64,000 nt of DNA from Truepera sp. Its GTDB lineage: Bacteria; Deinococcota; Deinococci; Deinococcales; Trueperaceae. Where the stretch lies: positions 3,392,001 to 3,456,000 of the forward strand of contig CBDCKW010000009.1 of NCBI GenBank assembly GCA_965218435.1, read 5' to 3'. Below are positions 49,406-58,201 of this stretch, piece after piece; positions within the stretch are counted from its first letter, which is position 1; every line of letters starts with the position of its first letter. A model generated the notes under the pieces. That model did no database searches, was not told where the DNA came from, and saw nothing but the letters and a program-made list of their open reading frames with translations. The translations under genes were made by a program, and so were the position numbers.

Positions 49406-50392
49406 TTAGCGCGAGGTCAAAAGCCTGTCGCAAAGCGTCTCTGCAACATACGCCGAGGCCAGAAACCCACGTCCGGCAAGTCCCCCGGCAAACCAGAGTC
49501 CGGGCTGAAGCTCCTTCACAACCGGCAAGTTGTCGTCCGCTTTAACCCGAACACCGTGCCACACGCTCTTCAGAGACGCGCTTTTTAGGGCTGGAACGAA
49601 CCAACCGCCGGCCCGTTGCAACTGGGTCGGGGCACTCTCGTCTGTTTGGTCGGCTGGGCGGTGATTGCCTCCCAGATAAAATGTCTCCTCAACCTGAGCG
49701 CCGTACACGGCTCCAGCGAGTGGATAAGGGAGCGCCGGTTCGGGCTCCGGCAGCGCCAAACCGATGACCTCACCGGCGACGTGCTCAAGCCCCACTACCT
49801 TTTGCCCAAGTTCCATACCGGAGCCGCTACAAAGCACGACCGTGTGCGCGTCTAAGAAGCCCTGTCGGGTAAGGACCTCGAGCCCGTCATCCGTCCTGAC
49901 GATCTGCGTGACGTCGTAATGCTCGAGTACCCTCGCTCCCGCTTCACGTGCAGCCTGTGTCAGCGCAGCCAACCACAGCTGCGACCTCAGCCACCCGCCG
50001 GACGGTGCGACAAACCCGCCGAACGGCGCGTAAAATCCCATCGGCACCTCGTCCGCACCGAACCACGACACGCCGTCTCTTTTTCGCCACTGTTTTGCTT
50101 GTTTGGCGTTTGGTGCCACCCGCAACACGCCACTTTGCACGACGCCGGTCTCTAAACCTTGACGTTCTACCTCGCTGACCAGCGCCCACATCGCCTCGAG
50201 CGCCGAGCGGTCAAAGTCACTTGCCCTTGCACTCCGGCCCCGATAGGGGTTTAAGAGCGCCACCGGGACGCTTGACGCCCCTTCAGTTTGGCCGATTCGT
50301 CCACGCTCGAGCAGCGTCACCGCCGCGCCGCGCTTGGCTAAGGTATACGCCAGCGTGCAGCCCATCACGCCACCCCCGATGATCACGATCAC
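49406..50392 (-). CDS. FAD-dependent oxidoreductase (DAO / MnmC oxidase-like)
   Basis: IIGGGVMG Rossmann motif, GLAGRGF; start overlaps the mnmD-like stop. Confidence 0.8.
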   Translation of the reverse strand: MIVIIGGGVMGCTLAYTLAKRGAAVTLLERGRIGQTEGASSVPVALLNPYRGRSARASDFDRSALEAMWALVSEVERQGLETGVVQSGVLRVAPNAKQAKQWRKRDGVSWFGADEVPMGFYAPFGGFVAPSGGWLRSQLWLAALTQAAREAGARVLEHYDVTQIVRTDDGLEVLTRQGFLDAHTVVLCSGSGMELGQKVVGLEHVAGEVIGLALPEPEPALPYPLAGAVYGAQVEETFYLGGNHRPADQTDESAPTQLQRAGGWFVPALKSASLKSVWHGVRVKADDNLPVVKELQPGLWFAGGLAGRGFLASAYVAETLCDRLLTSR

Positions 50393-51081
50393 AAGTTGAT
50401 GTCCGCCGGTTTTTGCGCGAACAACACCTCGCGTTTGCCCCCAACTGGTCCGGGCCGCTTGGTTACGGTGAGGCCGAGCGCCGCAAGTCGCCGCCGTACC
50501 GCGCCCTGCACGCAGTAGCTGACGAGCGTGCCCCCTGGCTCAAGTGCTGAAGTCAGCCTTTCTAAAAAGCTTTCCGTCCACAACTCCGGGTTGACAGCGG
50601 GGCTAAAGGCGTCGTGGTAGACGCTGTTAAACGCTTTTGCGGGCAGGGTTTGCGCCGTCGCCTCGCCGAGTAAAAGTGTGAGTCTGACCTGTCCAGTTTC
50701 AAAAACGCAGGTACCGGAGGGTGTCAGGGTGCCTCGCCACGCTAGATACGCCTCGACGAATTCGCTCTGCAATTTCTCGTACCCCAAGCTCCGAACGGTG
50801 GCGGCGTCTAACAGGGTATGCTCGAGCGCCGTGTAGTCAAGCCGCGCCGCCGGGTTTTCCAGGCACGCCGCTGCGGTCACAAAAAAGTTGAGGCCGGTAC
50901 CGAAACCGACCTCGAGCACCCGCACCGTTTCCCCCTCGGTCAACTTCCGGGCGACGCCGGAGCCCTCTAAAAACACGCTGCGCGCTTCGCTCAGCGCCCC
51001 CCGCTCCGAGGCGAAGGTCTGGGCGTAACGCTCGCTGTAGAGCGTCGCGCTCCCGTCCCCGGTCAGCTGCAATTTCGTCAC
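50389..51081 (-). CDS. mnmD: tRNA mnm5s2U34 methyltransferase (MnmC methyltransferase-domain-like)
   Basis: TGDGS.TLYS..Y, EVGFGTGLNF, YHDAFSP..NPELW, GP.GGKRE. Confidence 0.85.
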   Translation of the reverse strand: MTKLQLTGDGSATLYSERYAQTFASERGALSEARSVFLEGSGVARKLTEGETVRVLEVGFGTGLNFFVTAAACLENPAARLDYTALEHTLLDAATVRSLGYEKLQSEFVEAYLAWRGTLTPSGTCVFETGQVRLTLLLGEATAQTLPAKAFNSVYHDAFSPAVNPELWTESFLERLTSALEPGGTLVSYCVQGAVRRRLAALGLTVTKRPGPVGGKREVLFAQKPADINL

Positions 51082-51142
51082 CCGTCTACTCTACCGTGCC
51101 GGTTGAGACTGTTTTGCCGGGGCGTTGCGTTAAGCTAAACGC

Positions 51143-51937
51143 ATGATGGAGACCCTCCGAGGGGCGTGGGACACCACCCTCTCTTTTCTAACGCCCTACT
51201 ACCAACAGACGGTTGCATTCTTGCGTACTTTAGACCCGGTGGTGTGGTGGACGGTCGGGGGCGTGCTGCTCGTATCGTTCCTCCTTTGGCTCTTGCTGCG
51301 CCGCCGCGAACCCCGTAAAGACGGTCGCCCCGAGGTACTGCTCTCGCTTGGGACGGTCTCCGCGCCGGACGGTGAGGTCGCCGGGACCGAAGGCCGCCAC
51401 CTGCTGCGGCTGACGGTCAGCAACCTCAACACCTACGCCGTGCAGGTGCTGGAACTCGCCCTCAAAACGCCCGAGATGGACGTGCCGGTCACCGCTGAAG
51501 TCGCCGCCGTAGTGCCGCCGGAAGGCTCAGTGATGCTCGAGCAATCCTTGACCGGCGTGACCGGCGACGAGGGTCGCCTCAACTTGTACTTTTACACCGC
51601 TGGAAAAAGGCGTATCTACCGTTTGCAAGCGCCGTTTGCGCTCGAGCCGTGGAACAACCGCTATAAGATTTCGCCGCTCGACCAGAGTGTCACCCCGGCC
51701 AGGCAACTTGCGAGTGCCGGAGTCAGCCGCGTACAAGAACAGACGTGGCGCGAAGCGCGTGAGCAAGAACGCGCCGAAGTTGCAACGAGCAGTGCGCCGC
51801 GAGAAGCCGTATACGTCGTTCGTGAAAAGCCCCAGAAACGCCGTGAAGTCAGGGAGCGCCCTGCCGAGCTGCCCCGCACCCCTGAGCCGGTCGAAGCGCC
51901 CCACTACAGTGAAACCGTTTTTCCCGACGAGTTTTAG
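51143..51937 (+). CDS. Hypothetical single-pass membrane protein
   Basis: One TM segment, beta-rich middle, charged tail; TAAGCT 6 nt before ATG. Confidence 0.65.
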   Translation: MMETLRGAWDTTLSFLTPYYQQTVAFLRTLDPVVWWTVGGVLLVSFLLWLLLRRREPRKDGRPEVLLSLGTVSAPDGEVAGTEGRHLLRLTVSNLNTYAVQVLELALKTPEMDVPVTAEVAAVVPPEGSVMLEQSLTGVTGDEGRLNLYFYTAGKRRIYRLQAPFALEPWNNRYKISPLDQSVTPARQLASAGVSRVQEQTWREAREQERAEVATSSAPREAVYVVREKPQKRREVRERPAELPRTPEPVEAPHYSETVFPDEF

Positions 51938-51955
51938 GGTATTACCGGTTATACT

Positions 51956-52777
51956 TTGCAGCTTGGGTGTAACGATTCTCTGCCGCTCCGCCTTTTGCTG
52001 GACGAAAACCGCGTTAAGCTCGATTTTCTCAAAGTCTCGAGCCTGGACGGGCTCCCGGAAGCCGTAGAAGCTGCCCTTAATTACCGCCCTGTGCTTATTC
52101 ACGTAGGGTTTGGCATCGGTGACACCACAGCCTCTTACGACGCGTTCGACTGGAACGGATTTAACCGCCTCGTGCAGCGTGCCGGGTCGCCTCACCTGGC
52201 GATGCACCTCGAGGCGTCCACACATAACTGGCGCGGCGACGATTTACGGGTTCAAAGCCGAGCTGAAATTCTCCAAATTACAGAACAGCTGGCCGCTTTG
52301 TGCAAGTTCTTGAAAGATAGGCTGGGGTGCCCCTTGCTTTTAGAAAATATGGACTACATGGGCACCGAGCTAAAACCGGGTTACGGCGTGTTCCTTACAA
52401 GCGTCGAACCTGCACTAATGTGGGATTTAGTTGGAAAAGAGGGGGTCGGCGTCTTGCTCGACTTGGCGCATCTGCGGGTTACGGCGTATCACCTCGGTTT
52501 GGACGTTTACGCGTTCGCTCGGTCGTTGCCCCTTCACGCAGTGCGCGAAATACATGTGAGCGGCCCCGCCTATATTGACGGTTTGGGACTTCGTGACGAT
52601 CATCAAGAATTAAGCGAAGCTGACTACGCGCTGCTCGAGTGGGCCTTGCCCCGGACAAACGCTGAGATTGTGACGCTCGAGTACCCGAAAGCCCGGACGG
52701 TCACAGCGTCTTTTGACGAGCAAGCTGCGGCGCTGAGGCGTCAGCTTAAGAGGCTTAACAAGATAGTTGACTTGTGA
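51956..52777 (+). CDS. DUF692 (MNIO)-like TIM-barrel metalloprotein
   Basis: Spaced metal-ligand motifs LLLEN, LLDLAH, EIHVSG, DDH, VTLEY. Confidence 0.75.
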   Translation: MQLGCNDSLPLRLLLDENRVKLDFLKVSSLDGLPEAVEAALNYRPVLIHVGFGIGDTTASYDAFDWNGFNRLVQRAGSPHLAMHLEASTHNWRGDDLRVQSRAEILQITEQLAALCKFLKDRLGCPLLLENMDYMGTELKPGYGVFLTSVEPALMWDLVGKEGVGVLLDLAHLRVTAYHLGLDVYAFARSLPLHAVREIHVSGPAYIDGLGLRDDHQELSEADYALLEWALPRTNAEIVTLEYPKARTVTASFDEQAAALRRQLKRLNKIVDL

Positions 52778-52834
52778 AGTGGCATAAGTAAGCGCCTGAA
52801 ATAATGCCTGCTAGGGCAGTCTGCATAGGGCGAC

Positions 52835-53689
52835 CTATTGATCTGTAGCCTTCGACTTTTTAATTAAGTGTAGAAAAGCGTGAATTGTGGAAAGGTAATA
52901 GTAAAACAGCCATGAATACCAAATCCTTTTGTCGTAGTCAATCTTTTGTTTATCGTTGTGATGTCTAATGCCAAAATTATTGGCAATATTAAATAGATCG
53001 TTTTCGTCTTGGGATAGCATGACCATTTTTAGTTGCGGTCTGAGGAATTCTAGAACATCAGCCAAGTCCCTGATGGCATTTTTTCTATCTTCAAAGGTAG
53101 CTCTCGCTCGTCGGAAATTAAAAACGGCAGCCTTCACTTTGGATTCTACATTTTCAGGGTCGTAATTAGGGAGATCAGCACTTAAAATAACTTCATAGCC
53201 CTCTTGTGGAGCTTCTAAAATCTCTCCATCGGCACTTAAATCGAACCCATACCGATAACTCTCCAAAACTGCGTTGATAGCATTTCTAAACTCTACTTGT
53301 CCCTCGATTTTGTTGAAGACTTTATAGTGCCATCCGCAATCGTTATAGCTGTGGTAGTCCCCGTTAATAGGCTTAGATACATAGTCATAAAGAAATTCAA
53401 TCACATCGAATAGATCATCTTCTGAATAACCTAAGGCTTTATCTTGTACGGGCCAAAGGTTCTCTTTCCGTAGGTTGGTCATTATTGCCGACTCGATATC
53501 TTCACCTAGAGAACCAGGCACATAGTCCATATCTACACACCAAAAGCCAAAAGCTTGTTGAAAGTAGCCTTCCGAATCTAATTTTAGATAGGCGCTTTTG
53601 AATAATTTAAGAATTATTGGGAGTTCAAAGCCTTCGCTGTAAGGGTTCTTACCTGTACGAACAGAGTAATAAGCATTCTTTCTGGACAT
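52835..53689 (-). CDS. AT-rich hypothetical protein, possibly AbiJ/HEPN-like defence protein
   Basis: 284 aa; markedly AT-rich; C-terminal helical region with ANNFGIRHHN. Confidence 0.6.
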   Translation of the reverse strand: MSRKNAYYSVRTGKNPYSEGFELPIILKLFKSAYLKLDSEGYFQQAFGFWCVDMDYVPGSLGEDIESAIMTNLRKENLWPVQDKALGYSEDDLFDVIEFLYDYVSKPINGDYHSYNDCGWHYKVFNKIEGQVEFRNAINAVLESYRYGFDLSADGEILEAPQEGYEVILSADLPNYDPENVESKVKAAVFNFRRARATFEDRKNAIRDLADVLEFLRPQLKMVMLSQDENDLFNIANNFGIRHHNDKQKIDYDKRIWYSWLFYYYLSTIHAFLHLIKKSKATDQ

Positions 53690-53715
53690 TTTATTTTAGT
53701 ACCCACTGCGCTTTT

Positions 53716-54093
53716 TTAGGCCCGAATCGTCGTAACGCTGTATTCACTAAACCGCCTATCCCTTGTGACCAGTGTGAGATTTTCAAACTTTGCCTGAGCA
53801 ATCAGGAGCCGGTCGAACGGATCGGCGTGGTGCTGTGGCAGCGTTTCCACTGCCAAGGCGTGTTCGGTACTGATTGACAGTGGCGTGAAACGGTAGCGTT
53901 TAAGGCCGTTCTGGTAGTCGCCCCTTAGCTCGAGCTTGTTGAGGCTGCGCTTGATGGCAATTTCCCACGCTGTTACAGCACTGACAAACACCTCATTCTG
54001 ACCGTCAGCTATGGCGTCGCGGGCTTGTTGTGAAAGCGTCGGGTTGTTGTCGAATACCCAGATTAGCGTGTGGGTGTCAAGTAAGAGGTTCAT
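53716..54093 (-). CDS. vapC: VapC-family PIN toxin
   Basis: LLLDTH.LIW, VSAVTAWEIAIK, HADPFDRLLIAQA, LVTRD. Confidence 0.93.
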   Translation of the reverse strand: MNLLLDTHTLIWVFDNNPTLSQQARDAIADGQNEVFVSAVTAWEIAIKRSLNKLELRGDYQNGLKRYRFTPLSISTEHALAVETLPQHHADPFDRLLIAQAKFENLTLVTRDRRFSEYSVTTIRA

Positions 54094-54334
54094 CAGAGGT
54101 GCCGGTAAAGGCGTCCATCAGTTCTGGGGGCAACTCGTCGAAGTCGTCGGCTATTTTCACTTCACCTTTCCAGATACGCACGTTCATATCGCGAGGGCTG
54201 GTGTCGCGCTCATAGGGAATGAGCTTGACCAGCGGCTTACCATGTTTGCTGATCACTACCTCTTCCCCGGCTAGTGCTTTTTCAATCAGTAGCGACAGGT
54301 GAGCTTTGGCTTCGGCTACGTTTGTGGTTCGCAT
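54077..54334 (-). CDS. Phd/YefM-family antitoxin
   Basis: NVAEAKAHLS.LI....GEEVVI...GKP; overlaps vapC. Confidence 0.92.
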   Translation of the reverse strand: MRTTNVAEAKAHLSLLIEKALAGEEVVISKHGKPLVKLIPYERDTSPRDMNVRIWKGEVKIADDFDELPPELMDAFTGTSDEPLT

Positions 54335-54513
54335 CTCCCTAATACCTCACTTCATCAATTAGTATGGTCATAGTTGGTCAGAATAGCAAGTAAGATATAG
54401 ACACGGTCAGACTTTACAGCGGATGAAAAAGAACAAAGCGCACTTAGCGGGCTTTTAACCCCTTACATTCCTCTTTTCTATGTCAAGCATCAGACTTACG
54501 ATTTTGTTTCGCT

Positions 54514-54846
54514 CTAGCGTGTATCGCCCTCGCCGTAAAGTGTCCCCTGCGCTTGCCTCGAGGCCAACTTCTCCAAGTTTGCCGCCGCTACCTCGTCCAA
54601 ACTCAGCCCCAGCTCGGTACAAATTTGCGCCAGATACCAGAGCACGTCGCCGAGTTCACCTTTAAGGGCGTCCCGCTCAGCGTCGCCGATGACGCCGCCC
54701 TTGTCCCGAAAGATTTTTTTGATCTTGCCTGCGACTTCGCCTGCTTCGTTAGCTAAGCCGAGGGTCGGGTAGACGATGGGATGGTCGGTATGAATCAGGC
54801 TCCAGGTGCTTCTCGAGGCTCGTTGGTAACGCTCCAGGTCGCTCAT
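54514..54846 (-). CDS. MazG-like nucleotide pyrophosphohydrolase
   Basis: LGLANEAGEVAGKIKK.FRD, ELGDVLWY, NLEKL..R. Confidence 0.9.
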   Translation of the reverse strand: MSDLERYQRASRSTWSLIHTDHPIVYPTLGLANEAGEVAGKIKKIFRDKGGVIGDAERDALKGELGDVLWYLAQICTELGLSLDEVAAANLEKLASRQAQGTLYGEGDTR

Positions 54847-54856
54847 AAGCTCTACT

Positions 54857-55711
54857 CTATCCGGACTTTAAGTGCTCGAGCACCGTCAGACTTCCCGACT
54901 TGCTGATATGTAACTGGTGCGGCCCGAGGGGCACATTAGCATCTTTAGGGTAAACGGTAACGTTTAGCTCGTCAGCTCTGGCTCCTTGCCAAGCTTCTCC
55001 TCGTCGGCGTGTCATCTCCTCGCTGTAACGCGCCACTTCGCTACGAAAGAGCACCATATCTAAACCACCCAAGCCAACGCCTTTCAAACAGCCATCTTTG
55101 GGCTCCAAGCTGACCAAAACACATTGGTGCGTTTCAACTCCCAAATGTAGGGGCACGACGATTTTGCCGCCGGGAGCGAGTTGTTCGGGCCAAGCTGCTG
55201 GAATATCGGGTAAGCCGACTGTAGCGACAATCCGGTCATACGGTGCGTGAGGCGGGTAACCGAGTGCGCCGTCACCGCAGATGACTTCGACCCGTTCAAA
55301 ACCTATAGCGGCGAGCTGTCTATGCGCCTTTTCGACAAGAAAATCTTCCACATCAACCGTAACGACGTGCCCGTGTTCACCTACAAGATGGGCCAGCAGC
55401 GCCGCGTTGTAGCCGCTGCCCGCCCCGATCTCTAAAACCTGCATCCCAGGTTTGACGTCAAAACCTTCTAACATCATAGCGACGGCGATGGGTTGAGAGA
55501 CGGTCGAACAGGTTTCCGGTGTTGTGTCAGGGTCAACCATCGCGCCTTCCGTACCTCGGTAAGCGTCTTCAGGGTTTCGCCACGGGATAAAGAGGTGACG
55601 CGGCACGCTCCTAAGCGCCGCTTCAACCGCGCCGCTTTTGACGTATCCCTGAGCTTTAAGCTCCGTAACAAGCCCGTCTCTTAAAGCTTGTGTTTCCGCG
55701 TTATCCTCCAC
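54857..55711 (-). CDS. pcm: Protein-L-isoaspartate O-methyltransferase-like protein
   Basis: VPRHLF, TVSQP, VLEIGAGSGYNAALLA, APYDRI. Confidence 0.8.
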   Translation of the reverse strand: MEDNAETQALRDGLVTELKAQGYVKSGAVEAALRSVPRHLFIPWRNPEDAYRGTEGAMVDPDTTPETCSTVSQPIAVAMMLEGFDVKPGMQVLEIGAGSGYNAALLAHLVGEHGHVVTVDVEDFLVEKAHRQLAAIGFERVEVICGDGALGYPPHAPYDRIVATVGLPDIPAAWPEQLAPGGKIVVPLHLGVETHQCVLVSLEPKDGCLKGVGLGGLDMVLFRSEVARYSEEMTRRRGEAWQGARADELNVTVYPKDANVPLGPHQLHISKSGSLTVLEHLKSG

Positions 55712-55792
55712 GCCGTGATGGTAGCGTAAACGTTAGTCTAAAAACCGTCAGGAGGCTGACATGAGACAGATTTACCTGAGACAAGGCCCGGC

Positions 55793-56911
55793 ATGAAGTT
55801 AGAGCGTATCGAACTGCGCGAGGTCACGGCGCGTCTTAAATTTCGTTTTGAAACGAGTTTCGGCGTCGAACAAGAGTTGCGTAAGGTGCTTTTAACACTT
55901 CACACTGAGGGCGTGGAAGGCTACGGCGAGGCGACGAGCGGCATCTTTCCCGGTTACTCGTATGAAACGAACGAGACCGTGTGGGATACGCTTAAACATC
56001 ACATCATCCCGCTGGTTTTGGACAAAGAGTTTGCGACCCCCACCCAACTTCTAGCGGCGCTAGGGCCCGTTCGGGGGCATAACATGGCGGTAGCAACGCT
56101 CGAGACCGCCTTTTGGGACGCGTCGGCCAAAGCTGCCGGGGTGCCGCTCTGGGTGCTGCTAGGTGGGTCACGCACCGAGCATCCGGTGGGCGCGTCGCTG
56201 GGGATTCAAGAGAGCGTTGAAAAGACGGTTGAAACGGCTCTCAAGCACGCCGACGAGGGCTACAAACGCCTCAAGTTCAAGATCAAACCGGGGTGGGATG
56301 TGCTGCCGCTTCGGGCTGTGCGGGAGGCGCTCCCCGAGATGCCGCTGACCGTAGACGCGAACAGCGCCTACCGCCTGACTGACGCCCGCGTCTTTCAACA
56401 ACTCGATGAATTGGGGCTCGAGTACATCGAACAACCGCTCGCCTACGACGACCTGATAGACCACGCGCAGCTCCAAAAACTCCTAGCGACGCCCATCTGT
56501 CTGGACGAATCCATTCACTCCCCCGAAGACGCCCGCAAAGGCTTACAACTCGGGTCGGGGCGCGTCATCAACATCAAAGTCGGGCGAGTACGCGGACATC
56601 TGGCGGCGCGGCGCACGCACGACGTCGCTTTATCGTTTGGTGCGCCGGTGTGGTGCGGCGGGATGTTGGAACTCGGCATCGGCCGCGCCCACAACCTGCA
56701 CCTCAGTTCACTGCCTGGATTTACGCTCCCCGGCGATACGGCGAGCGCGTCGCGTTACTGGGATGAGGACATCGTAGAGCCCGTTTTGGACGCCGTAGAC
56801 GGGATGCAGAAGATTCCGGACGGTCCCGGCCTCGGCGTGACGCTCCGACAAGGCTTGATTGATGAGCTGACCCTGCGGCATGAAGTGTTTTCAGCTGAGA
56901 CGGGCAGGTGA
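55793..56911 (+). CDS. menC: o-succinylbenzoate synthase / N-succinylamino acid racemase (enolase superfamily)
   Basis: FETSFG, RLKFKIKPG, VDANSAY, IEQPL, LDESI, WCGGMLE.GIGRA. Confidence 0.85.
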   Translation: MKLERIELREVTARLKFRFETSFGVEQELRKVLLTLHTEGVEGYGEATSGIFPGYSYETNETVWDTLKHHIIPLVLDKEFATPTQLLAALGPVRGHNMAVATLETAFWDASAKAAGVPLWVLLGGSRTEHPVGASLGIQESVEKTVETALKHADEGYKRLKFKIKPGWDVLPLRAVREALPEMPLTVDANSAYRLTDARVFQQLDELGLEYIEQPLAYDDLIDHAQLQKLLATPICLDESIHSPEDARKGLQLGSGRVINIKVGRVRGHLAARRTHDVALSFGAPVWCGGMLELGIGRAHNLHLSSLPGFTLPGDTASASRYWDEDIVEPVLDAVDGMQKIPDGPGLGVTLRQGLIDELTLRHEVFSAETGR

Positions 56912-57465
56912 AGCGCATCCTTCTCGTCGTCACGGGGCCGCCATGTGCTGGTAAAACAACGCTCGCCGCGCAGCTCGGCCTCGAGCTGTCTTTGCCCGTC
57001 ATTCACCGCGACGTCCTGAAAGAAATCTTGTTCGACGCCTTGGGGTCAAAAGATCGGGCTTGGTCACGGGACGTGGGTGGGGCGAGTTATGACCTGCTAT
57101 TCAGTTTTCTCGAGTCTCTCTTGCAAGCTGGCTATCCGTGTATCGCCGAAAGCAACTTTGAAATCGGACGGCCTAGTGTCCGGCTCAAAGGTCTTTGCGA
57201 AACCTACAACTTTACGCCTGTAGAAATCCTCTGTACCGCCGAAACCGAAGTGCTGCGCGAGCGTTATATTACGAGGTTGGATTCCGGTGCGCGGCATCAA
57301 GGCCATGTGGATCACCTCAACTTAGACGACATCAGCGCGCGGTGGGCAAATAATCAGCACGGCAGTTTGGAACTCGGCGGTCAGAGTATCCGGGTAGACA
57401 CCACTAAATTCGGCAACCCCGAGCAGGCCCTGCTGAGGCGTGAGTTACAAGACATATTAGAGTAG
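56908..57465 (+). CDS. P-loop kinase-like protein, paralog 1
   Basis: GPPCAGKTT; start overlaps the menC stop (GTGA). Confidence 0.85.
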   Translation: MKRILLVVTGPPCAGKTTLAAQLGLELSLPVIHRDVLKEILFDALGSKDRAWSRDVGGASYDLLFSFLESLLQAGYPCIAESNFEIGRPSVRLKGLCETYNFTPVEILCTAETEVLRERYITRLDSGARHQGHVDHLNLDDISARWANNQHGSLELGGQSIRVDTTKFGNPEQALLRRELQDILE

Positions 57466-57558
57466 GCTATAGCGGTTGTGACATACCGGTAGGGCCAAGC
57501 GAAGGGTTTTTGATAGGGCTATCTCGGTTTTTGCTGCTATGCGTTACACTGCCTGAGG

Positions 57559-58119
57559 ATGAAGCGAATCCTAGTAGTAGTAACAGGGCCGCCGTGTGCC
57601 GGTAAGACGACCCTTGCGGCGCAGCTCGGTCATGAATTGTCGTTACCCGTCATTCACCGGGACGTTTTGAAAGAAGTTCTTTTCGACACGCTGGGGGTCA
57701 AAGACCGGGCTTGGTCGAGAGAAGTGGGCGGGGCCAGCTACGTCTTGCTCTTTAGTTTTCTCAAGTCTCTCTTAAGCGCCGGTTATCCCTGCATCGTTGA
57801 AACCAGTTTTGAGAGACGAGCTTCTAATAAGCTAAAGGCGCTCTGTGAAACGTACAATTTTGTTCCCGTAGAAATTCTCTGCACCTCCGACCTCGAGACG
57901 TTTCGTAAACGGTACAAAACTCGGCTTGAGTCCGGCGAACGGCACGCGGGGCATGTTGATCATCTCAACCTAGACGAAATTAGTGCAAGGTGGGTGAGCG
58001 GCGAGCGCGGCAGCTTAGAGCTCGGCGGTCAGAGTATTCAGGTAGATACCACCAACTTCGGCCAACTTGAGCGCGACGCGCTGACGAAGAAGTTGCGAAT
58101 CCTGACCGAGAGCCGCTAA
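57559..58119 (+). CDS. P-loop kinase-like protein, paralog 2
   Basis: GPPCAGKTT; collinear homolog of 56908-57465. Confidence 0.85.
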   Translation: MKRILVVVTGPPCAGKTTLAAQLGHELSLPVIHRDVLKEVLFDTLGVKDRAWSREVGGASYVLLFSFLKSLLSAGYPCIVETSFERRASNKLKALCETYNFVPVEILCTSDLETFRKRYKTRLESGERHAGHVDHLNLDEISARWVSGERGSLELGGQSIQVDTTNFGQLERDALTKKLRILTESR

Positions 58120-58201
58120 AACGCGCTAACCGGGGGCATGGTCTGAAAACCTTTCACTCAACCTGACAAAACCCCGGTAGAGTAGAGCAAAGGAGTTTTT
58201 T

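Noticed and set aside
57466..57540. Possible IS/MITE end between the duplicated kinase genes
   Set aside because: No convincing terminal inverted repeat pair or target duplication
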